From IMG/VR virus record IMGVR_UViG_2734482594_000023: DNA of 7,698 nucleotides, one strand, 5' to 3'. Position numbers and translations under genes: made by a program. Every line of letters starts with the position of its first letter. The first letter of the stretch is position 1. This document shows positions 1 to 6,226 of the stretch, piece after piece. This DNA is from a virus. Taxonomy: Duplodnaviria > Heunggongvirae > Uroviricota > Caudoviricetes. The notes below the pieces were generated by a model. The model was not told the DNA's origin, made no database searches, and saw nothing but the letters and a program-made list of their open reading frames with translations.

Positions 1-459
1 TTATTCAGTCGGCAGTGCTACGCGCCAGGGGAGCAGTTCGCCGACCCGGTTTATCGGCCAGTCGGCTATGACGTCAAGGACATAGCGGAGGTAGCTTTCT
101 GGCTCCACTCCGTTCAGTTTGCACGTCCCGATCAGGCTGTACAGCAGCGCTCCCCGCTCTCCTCCATGATCCGAACCGAAGAACAGGTAGTTTTTGCGGC
201 CCAGACTGACCATCCGCAACGCATTTTCAGCGATGTTATTGTCCGCCTCAGCCCAGCCATCATCTGCATAGTACGTCAGCGCCGGCCACTGGTTCAGGGC
301 ATATGCGAACGCTTTCGCCAGTTCTGAGTGTCGCGACAGGGTTTTCATCTTTTCACGCAGCCAGCTTTCCAGGGATTTCAGCAGCGGTTTCGTTTTCAAC
401 TGACGTTCGGCAAGGCGCTGTTTCAGCAGGAAGATGTCGTCAGAAGAGATGTCGTTCAT
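1..459 (-). CDS. IS66-family transposase, C-terminal fragment (truncated remnant)
   Basis: The 152-aa ORF carries the conserved C-terminal block of IS66-family transposases (...DNNIAENALRMVSLGRKNYLFFGSDHGGERGALLYSLIGTCKLNGVEPESYLRYVLDVIADWP...ELLPW). The upstream in-frame sequence hits a stop at 520-522, so the N-terminal two-thirds of the transposase and the other IS66 genes are absent on this side. Confidence 0.8.
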   Translation of the reverse strand: MNDISSDDIFLLKQRLAERQLKTKPLLKSLESWLREKMKTLSRHSELAKAFAYALNQWPALTYYADDGWAEADNNIAENALRMVSLGRKNYLFFGSDHGGERGALLYSLIGTCKLNGVEPESYLRYVLDVIADWPINRVGELLPWRVALPTE

Positions 460-522
460 AAGCCCGTATTTTACCGGGCTTATTCTGTGACAACCAGGAT
501 AAAGAGATTTACAGCATGGTCA
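1..522 (-). mobile_element. IS66-family insertion sequence remnant (3' portion only); right boundary approximate
   Basis: Transposase homology runs to the window edge at position 1 and cannot extend past the in-frame stop at 520-522. No IS terminal inverted repeat could be identified by eye. Confidence 0.4.
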
Positions 523-552
523 GGGAGGTCAGCAGCCGCTTAGGCTGTCTAT

Positions 553-642
553 AGCGCGGCGATTTTTTTGATACCGATTTGCATTTCATTTGATACCGCT
601 GAAAAACGCCGATACGCAACTTATTTGATACTAAATCGGCGC
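553..642. repeat. Cluster of short direct and inverted repeats (GATAC x4; CGGCGAT / ATCGGCG) downstream of mom; candidate transposase-binding sites at a Mu-like prophage end
   Basis: GATAC occurs at 570-574, 592-596, 611-615 and 627-631. TTGATACCG is repeated at 568-576 and 590-598. GCGCGGCGATTT (553-564) is near-inverted to AATCGGCGC (634-642), and GAAAAACGCCGA (601-612) resembles Mu end-type GAAAAACGCGAAA motifs as I recall them. Confidence 0.35.
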
Positions 643-677
643 TTTTCTTTTGAGTTTTAGAATGAGTTTTTAAGCGT

Positions 678-1415
678 TCATTCACTCTCTTTCAAACCAG
701 TTTTAACTGTTTGTGGTTTTGGGTAAGGCTGGACTTTGAATAGCTTTGTGTTAAGGCGTTTTCTGGCTCTCTTGTCCAGAAACCGGATGTAACGAAACTG
801 ACGGAATTTATGAACACTGGCTCTGTCGATATTAGCCCGCAGATGTTCACCTCGCTGTCCTCCTCGTTTGATTGCATTCTTGCAAATCTCGTGATACCAC
901 TCGCCATCAAGTTCATAGAATGTTGTTTCATGACTGCCTACATAATCAAAATTGCTTGCCTGGTACACGACACCAAGACAGCCACAACGCTCATCTGCAA
1001 ACGACTGAACCCACTGCACCTGCGGATAAAGTTGTCTGATTAGTTTGAGCGCGTAACTGATTGCCCTTGATTCGGAGTTTCTCGGCATACAGTCATGCAG
1101 CCATAACCGGTTAAGCTCCATATATTCGCGGTTCTGCGTGCCAGTTACGACGCGTGCACCATTGTTTGGATTAAGGGCATAACCCCATTGCATTACGCCA
1201 ACCAGCTCCCGTTCTGAAAATATGCCCAGATGAAGGTAGGAATTATTTACGAAACGATGGCTGTAATGTTTATTGACGACGACCAGCCGGGCCAGCCAGC
1301 AACTTATTGTCTCAACCCGTAACTCACGGGAGCCATAACCGACGATATTGTCGTTATAGTGAATAAGTTCAGGCGTGCTGATGATACGGGATGTAACTTG
1401 CTTTCTGTTCCCCAC
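678..1415 (-). CDS. mom: Mom-family DNA modification protein (adenine carbamoylmethylation, acyltransferase-like); start codon uncertain
   Basis: The ORF lies immediately downstream of, and overlapping, a Com-type zinc-finger gene, as in phage Mu. The proposed GTG start at 1415 gives 245 aa, close to Mu Mom (about 231 aa as I recall), has AAGGAAA 7-9 nt upstream, and sits in the 3' arm of a hairpin. The ORF track extends to a GTG at 1610, which I regard as over-extended; an ATG at 1577 is an alternative. Confidence 0.75.
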   Translation of the reverse strand: MGNRKQVTSRIISTPELIHYNDNIVGYGSRELRVETISCWLARLVVVNKHYSHRFVNNSYLHLGIFSERELVGVMQWGYALNPNNGARVVTGTQNREYMELNRLWLHDCMPRNSESRAISYALKLIRQLYPQVQWVQSFADERCGCLGVVYQASNFDYVGSHETTFYELDGEWYHEICKNAIKRGGQRGEHLRANIDRASVHKFRQFRYIRFLDKRARKRLNTKLFKVQPYPKPQTVKTGLKESE

Positions 1416-1569
1416 GACAGGATTTCCTTGTGTATGTGGGGTGCTCTGTGGCGCTCTGAGATGTGATTTGATTGAGGGTTTTACAGCGCGGACATTTAAC
1501 TTCCAGATAACTGAAGCTGGCTCGTGCCAGTAGCTTGTTACAATGTCGGCACCGTATGTTTCGATACAT
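1369..1569 (-). CDS. com: Com-family zinc-finger translational activator of mom
   Basis: The 66-aa product [33 protein letters not shown]... has a CxxC...CxxC zinc-finger layout like Mu Com. AGGAGG lies 10 nt upstream of the ATG at 1569, and the 3' end overlaps the mom start region by about 46 nt. The track's TTG start at 1614 is rejected. Confidence 0.8.
   Translation of the reverse strand: MYRNIRCRHCNKLLARASFSYLEVKCPRCKTLNQITSQSATEHPTYTRKSCRGEQKASYIPYHQHA
1410..1441 (-). promoter_or_regulatory. mRNA hairpin sequestering the mom GTG start, with the Shine-Dalgarno in the loop (putative Com-responsive translational operator)
   Basis: On the minus strand, CCCCAC (1441-1436) pairs with GTGGGG (1415-1410). 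The 20-nt loop contains AAGGAAA, and the GTG at 1415-1413 lies in the 3' arm. Confidence 0.45.
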
Positions 1570-1610
1570 GGCCGCATAACCTCCTGCTTTGTTGTTGATA
1601 TCTTTATCAC

Positions 1611-1702
1611 TCAATCGATCGACAAAAACGATCGATTTGATTTATTTAATTGATACAACAAATAACACGAAATGTCATTAGCGAAAATTTATGAGTTTGA
1701 TC
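1611..1702. promoter_or_regulatory. AT-rich divergent control region upstream of com/mom with clustered Dam (GATC) sites and an inverted repeat
   Basis: GATC occurs at 1617-1620, 1630-1633 and 1699-1702. The imperfect inverted repeat TCAATCGATCG-ACAAAAA-CGATCGATTTGA spans 1611-1640. In Mu, mom transcription is controlled by Dam methylation of upstream GATC sites (OxyR binding) and by C-protein activation. Confidence 0.4.
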
Positions 1703-1825
1703 ACTAATTTTAAACGGTGCTGTAACGCATAAGTGCTGAATGATTGTACATTTGAATACCGCAAAGCAAACAAATCAACTAATTTATAGAAGTCAATTGG
1801 TTAATTGCCAGCGTAAGAGGCTGCT

Positions 1826-2119
1826 ATGGACAATCATGTAACGACGAGAAATCGAAAAATGATTGAAAATGCGGAAATCTATAATGATTATTTTTCCGAT
1901 TATTCAGATGCCTGCAAATACAGTTCGAGTGCGGGAGAGTTCATATGCTTCAACTTTTTTATTAAATCTTATGTTTTTCCTCCACAGCAAGAAGATGGAG
2001 GTGTGCCACCTCCTGAAATCACTTTGCACCGTATAGCCTCCGTCTCAATGATGGAGCAACAGGCTAATGAGCTGTATAGCATTCTGGGAACGATTCTACA
2101 AAAGCGTGAATCGGACTAA
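1826..2119 (+). CDS. Hypothetical protein, 97 aa (low-GC orphan gene)
   Basis: ATG at 1826 is preceded by AAGAGG at 5-nt spacing and the frame is open for 97 codons. The gene is AT-rich compared with its neighbours and divergent from com/mom. I recognise no motif. Confidence 0.5.
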   Translation: MDNHVTTRNRKMIENAEIYNDYFSDYSDACKYSSSAGEFICFNFFIKSYVFPPQQEDGGVPPPEITLHRIASVSMMEQQANELYSILGTILQKRESD

Positions 2120-2286
2120 TGATACCGGTTCATTTGCCTGCCCGGATGGGGAAGCAGGATTGACTGCTCCATAAGCAGCTATATTTCTGAATACGAAATA
2201 CTATCCAGCGATTACATATGGCTGGATAGCGGCAAAGATGTTTTCATTAGTGTCAAACCGGCAGAGGACACCACCGGTTTGTATTG

Positions 2287-2541
2287 TTACATCATGGTAC
2301 TGTCAGTTCCGGGCTGAGCCGGGTCTGGTTGCTCTGGCTGCGCGTCGGTTTTCGGCTCATTATCAGCATCACTGGCCGCAACTGCTGGCCCAATAAGTTT
2401 TGCCAGCACTTCATCAACGTAAGTGTCGATTTGTGCCTCAAAATCCTTGCGGACCTGCGCTTTCAGCAACTTATTTACTTCACCGGAATACAGTGCCTGT
2501 TTTACCAGGTCTTCAGTGACGGTGCCTTTAATTTCTGGCAT
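2287..2541 (-). CDS. Hypothetical acidic protein, 84 aa
   Basis: ATG at 2541 has a strong AAGGAGG 7 nt upstream. The product is net acidic (about 16 D/E against 8 K/R) with a Pro/Asp/Glu-rich tail. It lies 35 nt downstream of the small membrane-protein gene, consistent with an operon. Confidence 0.65.
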   Translation of the reverse strand: MPEIKGTVTEDLVKQALYSGEVNKLLKAQVRKDFEAQIDTYVDEVLAKLIGPAVAASDADNEPKTDAQPEQPDPAQPGTDSTMM

Positions 2542-2576
2542 GTATATCCTCCTTATGCGGGAATAAAGCCCTGCAA

Positions 2577-2759
2577 TCAGGGCTGGGTCGGGTCTTTTGG
2601 GAGCGGAGTTACCTGCGCTGTTTTACTGAGTTTTTCAGCTGCTGCGTCCTCAATTTTGCGGCGAACATAATTTCTGATGGCCTTATAACCACCACTCACC
2701 AGATATAACGCACATACTGCCGTGCAGAAATACAATAAAATAAGCTGTAAAAATGTCAT
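2577..2759 (-). CDS. Small single-pass membrane protein, 60 aa
   Basis: ATG at 2759 is preceded by GGGAGGG. The product MTFLQLILLYFCTAVCALYLVSGG has one hydrophobic helix followed by a basic, charged tail (KAIRNYVRRKIED...). The track's TTG start at 2771 is rejected. Confidence 0.55.
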   Translation of the reverse strand: MTFLQLILLYFCTAVCALYLVSGGYKAIRNYVRRKIEDAAAEKLSKTAQVTPLPKDPTQP

Positions 2760-2774
2760 TATCCCTCCCAATTA

Positions 2775-2801
2775 TTGACATGGTGTTGACACCGGTAATA
2801 T
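2775..2801 (+). promoter_or_regulatory. Putative sigma70-type promoter on the plus strand, overlapping a 12-bp palindrome
   Basis: A perfect TTGACA at 2775-2780 is followed by a 15-nt spacer and TAATAT at 2796-2801. A second TTGACA lies at 2786-2791, and GGTGTtgACACC (2782-2793) is palindromic. The short spacer is a weakness. Confidence 0.3.
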
Positions 2802-2855
2802 CTGTTAGGTAAAAAGGTGCACTGCATTTTTTGCTTTGGATATAACGATCTTTTT

Positions 2856-2896
2856 GCCGCCGGTTTCTTGTTTTCCCTTACCGGCGGCATTTTTTT
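2856..2896 (+). terminator. Rho-independent terminator, oriented for the plus strand
   Basis: GCCGCCGGT (2856-2864) pairs with ACCGGCGGC (2880-2888) around a 15-nt loop and is followed by T7 at 2890-2896. On the minus strand the stem is followed by AAAAAG, so it is not a good terminator for the esterase gene. Confidence 0.5.
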
Positions 2897-2903
2897 ATCC
2901 TGC

Positions 2904-4440
2904 TTACGCGTTATTCACTTCCACCACGATACTGTCAATCAGTACCGGGTAAGTCGCATTTTTAGTGATATCGGTCACGCGCAACTTGTCTGCCGTAAAC
3001 GTGCCGACCGGAGACTGCGACAGCATGAATGGTGTCCCGTCCTTACCATCAANNNNNNNNNNNNNNNNNNNNNNNNNNNNNNNNNNNNNNNNNNNNNNNN
3101 NNNNNNNNNNNNNNNNNNNNNNNNNNNNNNNNNNNNNNNNNNNNNNNNNNNNNNNNNNNNNNNNNNNNNNNNNNNNNNNNNNNNNNNNNNNNNNNNNNNN
3201 NNNNNNNNNNNNNNNNNNNNNNNNNNNNNNNNNNNNNNNNNNNNNNNNNNNNNNNNNNNNNNNNNNNNNNNNNNNNNNNNNNNNNNNNNNNNNNNNNNNN
3301 NNNNNNNNNNNNNNNNNNNNNNNNNNNNNNNNNNNNNNNNNNNNNNNNNNNTGAGCCTTGCCACCTCCGGCAGCCCAACCCTGTGGTGTCAACCGTCCTT
3401 CAGACTCAGATGCCCGGTAAGCAAATAGCGTACTCATCGTCGTGGTGTCTGCGGGTGGCGTGGACGGTTTTGATGGTGTATCAGGTGACGGCTTCTCATC
3501 CGGTGGTGTCACGGTCTGCCCACGCATCAGTTCAGCCGTGCGCCCTGCATGGAGCATAATAGCTGAGGCCAGACGGTCTGAAATGACGCCCCTGCGTGCC
3601 CATGAGCTGAAATGGCTGTCACGCTGTGTCGAAACAAAACTGCCCTGGGTTCGGGATGCTGCACCGTAATACCCGACAGCCACAATATCCGGGTCTTCCG
3701 CCGGAGCATTCGTTGGCGTGCNNNNNNNNNNNNNNNNNNNNNNNNNNNNNNNNNNNNNNNNNNNNNNNNNNNNNNNNNNNNNNNNNNNNNNNNNNNNNNN
3801 NNNNNNNNNNNNNNNNNNNNNNNNNNNNNNNNNNNNNNNNNNNNNNNNNNNNNNNNNNNNNNNNNNNNNNNNNNNNNNNNNNNNNNNNNNNNNNNNNNNN
3901 NNNNNNNNNNNNNNNNNNNNNNNNNNNNNNNNNNNNNNNNNNNNNNNNNNNNNNNNNNNNNNNNNNNNNNNNNNNNNNNNNNNNNNNNNNNNNNNNNNNN
4001 NNNNNNNNNNNNNNNNNGCGGTCAAACGAATCCGGTAACGGCAGCCCCTCGCCGTAGGCCATGCCATTTGACTGACCCGCGAGAATGACAACAAAGTAAT
4101 ATTCCGGCTCTGAACTGCTGCCATTCGTGCTACCGGAAGGCCCGGCGTTATCCGGTGCATTCCAGTCGGAGGGCGTGAGCGTTCCGGCCACGTCAGATGT
4201 GATTGGAATGATGCCAGTCACGCCTGAACTGGTGATTTCTGCACTGGGATTACCGGATACCGGCATTACCCATAATGGCTCTTTCGTGCTGAAGCGGATC
4301 ACGCAGTCTGCGAAGGTGATCCCCCCTTTATTACCCGAAGGGCGGAAAGGGCTTTCAATAAATGCCACCGTGCCACCGGCAACCTTGACTGAAAACTCTC
4401 CGGGCATGGCGGAGAGCATTTTCCACTTGGAGTCTGACAT
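2904..4440 (-). CDS. NanS-like sialate O-acetylesterase (SGNH/SASA-type) with an N-terminal extension and a C-terminal Pro/Thr-rich linker plus extra domain; frame ambiguous across masked blocks
   Basis: The N-terminal part (4440->4018) contains YYFVVILAGQSNGMAYGEGLPLPD, the GQSN nucleophile block of SASA/NanS esterases. After the mask, TNAPAEDPD...GYYG...SHFSSWARRGVISDR continues the esterase in a different frame, followed by TPPDEKPSPDTPSKPSTPP and a C-terminal region ending at the TAA at 2904. The span (1537 nt) is not a multiple of 3, so either a frameshift lies in 3722-4017 or the masking is not length-exact. Confidence 0.65.
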
Positions 4441-4516
4441 CGTCTTTTCTGCCTGTTTCTGAATTAAACAGAGTCAGAATAGCGACCGCTGAAAAATATG
4501 TGTTTTGCGGAAATTC

Positions 4517-4544
4517 AAAAAAGCGTCACGGTACTTTTGGTGAC
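4517..4544 (-). terminator. Weak hairpin plus U-run at the invertase stop codon
   Basis: On the minus strand, GTCAC (4544-4540) pairs with GTGAC (4529-4525) across a 10-nt loop, followed by GCTTTTTTG. The stem is short. Confidence 0.25.
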
Positions 4545-5136
4545 GGAGCTGGTGAGGCAGGAAAATAACGATAAAGGNNNNNNNNNNNNNNNNNNNNNNN
4601 NNNNNNNNNNNNNNNNNNNNNNNNNNNNNNNNNNNNNNNNNNNNNNNNNNNNNNNNNNNNNNNNNNNNNNNNNNNNNNNNNNNNNNNNNNNNNNNNNNNN
4701 NNNNNNNNNNNNNNNNNNNNNNNNNNNNNNNNNNNNNNNNNNNNNNNNNNNNNNNNNNNNNNNNNNNNNNNNNNNNNNNNNNNNNNNNNNNNNNNNNNNN
4801 NNNNNNNNNNNNNNNNNNNNNNNNNNNNNNNNNNNNNNNNNNNNNNNNNNNNNNNNNNTTGTCCGTAATGCTGCGGAAGTTAACGCCGCGTTGCCGGAGT
4901 TCTTCTGTTAAAAGGACAAGGTGCTGCATACTGCGTCCAAGGCGATCCAGTTTCCAGACCAGCAGGGTATCCCCTGGCCGGAGTCGCTTTAATGCGCGTT
5001 TAAGTCCGGGACGCTCCCTTGTCTTACCGCTTATTCTGTCTTCGAAAAACAGCTCACATCCTGCACATTCCAGCGCATTTCTTTGTAGCGCCGTATTCTG
5101 GTCATTTGTTGACACCCTGATATACCCAATCAGCAT
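4526..5136 (-). CDS. Site-specific DNA invertase, serine recombinase (Gin/Pin/Cin/Hin family); C-terminal frame differs from the ORF track
   Basis: The N-terminus MLIGYIRVSTNDQNTALQRNALECAGCELFFEDRISGK...LLVWKLDRLGRS is a canonical resolvase/invertase catalytic domain. Left of the mask, the frame reading LYRYFPASPAPSPKVP* (stop at 4528-4526) matches the Hin-type C-terminal helix-turn-helix tail (STLYRYFPAS). The track frame ending at 4474 is rejected. The span is not a multiple of 3 if the masked block is length-exact. Confidence 0.8.
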
Positions 5137-5430
5137 NNNNNNNNNNNNNNNNNNNNNNNNNNNNNNNNNNNNNNNNNNNNNNNNNNNNNNNNNNNNNNNN
5201 NNNNNNNNNNNNNNNNNNNNNNNNNNNNNNNNNNNNNNNNNNNNNNNNNNNNNNNNNNNNNNNNNNNNNNNNNNNNNNNNNNNNNNNNNNNNNNNNNNNN
5301 NNNNNNNNNNNNNNNNNNNNNNNNNNNNNNNNNNNNNNNNNNNNNNNNNNNNNNNNNNNNNNNNNNNNNNNNNNNNNNNNNNNNNNNNNNNNNNNNNNNN
5401 NNNNNNNNNNNNNNNNNNNNNNNNNNNNNN

Positions 5431-5613
5431 TATATCCAGGATATCAGGCTGGGAGCAGAGAACAGGCAGGTAATGTACGGTGGGGCATATTACTCTGCGT
5501 ACGGTAATGTTATGGCAGGCCTGCAGATTGACAGTAAAGTTGATGCTTCAAACGATTTTATAGCATTCAGACCCCTGCAAAAATTAGTCGGAGGTACATG
5601 GATTACGGTATCT
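5431..5613 (+). CDS. Alternative tail-fibre C-terminal tip (S'v-type variable exon), 5' end masked
   Basis: The frame is open from the mask edge to the TAA at 5611-5613: ...GAENRQVMYGGAYYSAYGNVMAGLQIDSKVDASNDFIAFRPLQKLVGGTWITVSQL*. Its tail shares the RPLQ..L..G.W.T motif with the minus-strand fibre tip (...[22 protein letters not shown]). Confidence 0.6.
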
Positions 5614-5673
5614 CAGTTATAAATAGTCAGTAAATAATATATTTTAAAACAGATTTATTTCCAGGAGGATTTT

Positions 5674-6195
5674 ATGGAACTAAAAAATATAACCCGTTAT
5701 TATCCTGAAAATATGCCATATGGTAATAATGTTCAGTATTTCCAGAGTGAAGATGGTAAGGATTTCTACGAATCCCTGCCATTATTCACCAAAAAATATA
5801 AACTTTGCATAACACCTGACAGCGGCGTTATCTGCTCAATATCACAGGACGCCTCGGCGCTGTATCCTGCGGGGTTTTCTGTGGTTGAGGTCGATGAACT
5901 CCCTGAAGGCACGGATATTTCAGGAAACTGGAAGTTTGATAATGGCATAATCTCCCGTATTCCGGTTAACTACGCAAGAAAACTGGAAGCAATGCGCCAG
6001 TCATATCTTAATCAGGCATATGAAAAAATTAATGACTGGAGAACGGAGCTACAACTGGGCACCATCAGCGATGAAGACAGAGCAGCACTTACCCAATGGA
6101 TGGCATACATCAGTCAGGTGAAGAAAATGGAACTACCCGCCATTAAAACAGAAGCTGAATTTAACGCCATTAAATGGCCTGAGCAGCCACAGTAA
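5674..6195 (+). CDS. Tail fibre assembly protein (Tfa / Mu U / P2 G-like chaperone)
   Basis: ATG at 5674 has AGGAGG 5 nt upstream. The 173-aa product sits 60 nt after the alternative fibre tip, and its size, position and C-terminal region (...WMAYISQVKKMELPAIKTEAEFNAIKWPEQP) fit the Tfa family. Confidence 0.75.
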   Translation: MELKNITRYYPENMPYGNNVQYFQSEDGKDFYESLPLFTKKYKLCITPDSGVICSISQDASALYPAGFSVVEVDELPEGTDISGNWKFDNGIISRIPVNYARKLEAMRQSYLNQAYEKINDWRTELQLGTISDEDRAALTQWMAYISQVKKMELPAIKTEAEFNAIKWPEQPQ

Positions 6196-6198
6196 TAA

Positions 6199-6218
6199 AG
6201 AAGGCCGGAAGGCCTTCT
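6199..6218. terminator. Perfect hairpin between convergent tfa and tail-fibre genes (probable terminator for the fibre transcript)
   Basis: AGAAGGCC (6199-6206) pairs with GGCCTTCT (6211-6218) around a GGAA loop. On the minus strand the stem is followed by UUAUUACU. It lies 8 nt beyond the fibre stop and 3 nt beyond the tfa stop. Confidence 0.5.
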
Positions 6219-6226
6219 GAATATCA

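Noticed and set aside
328-543. Plus-strand 71-aa ORF
   Set aside because: It is antisense to the IS66 transposase fragment, has no ribosome-binding site, and has a low-complexity Phe/Gln/Arg-rich composition.
692-1043. ORFs 692-931 (minus strand) and 810-1043 (plus strand) inside mom
   Set aside because: Both are fully embedded in the Mom coding region in alternative frames and lack ribosome-binding sites.
678-1610. Mom ORF extended to the GTG at 1610 (310 aa) as drawn in the ORF track
   Set aside because: This would make Mom about 80 aa longer than the family norm and place its start upstream of com. The internal GTG at 1415, with its ribosome-binding site and hairpin, fits the Mu com-mom layout better. 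The true start remains unverified.
1369-1614. Com ORF starting at the TTG at 1614 (81 aa)
   Set aside because: An ATG at 1569 preceded by AGGAGG gives a 66-aa protein of Com-like size. The upstream 15 codons have no ribosome-binding site.
2284-2670. Plus-strand 128-aa ORF
   Set aside because: It is antisense across two minus-strand genes that have strong ribosome-binding sites, and its composition is Cys/Trp/Phe-rich as expected from reverse translation of coding DNA.
2817-4462. Multiple plus- and minus-strand ORFs spanning or flanking N runs (2817-3428, 2965-3354, 2975-3364, 3029-3559, 3049-3378, 3442-3669, 3527-3709, 3612-4088, 3626-4057, 3718-4038, 4127-4462)
   Set aside because: They exist mainly because N runs contain no stop codons, or they are antisense or alternate-frame to the esterase gene.
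4474-4577. Invertase C-terminus in the ORF-track frame (…FIVIFLPHQLRHQKYRDAFLNFRKTHIFQRSLF)
   Set aside because: This frame has no resemblance to the invertase helix-turn-helix tail, whereas another frame reads LYRYFPAS..., matching Hin-type C-termini. The track frame is in register only by assuming a length-exact mask.
4498-5473. Plus-strand ORFs 4498-4911 and 4859-5473
   Set aside because: They are antisense to the invertase gene and held open by masked N runs. The Arg/Ser-rich composition is typical of non-coding frames.
5766-5948. Minus-strand 60-aa ORF inside the tail fibre assembly gene
   Set aside because: It is embedded antisense in a well-supported gene and has no ribosome-binding site.
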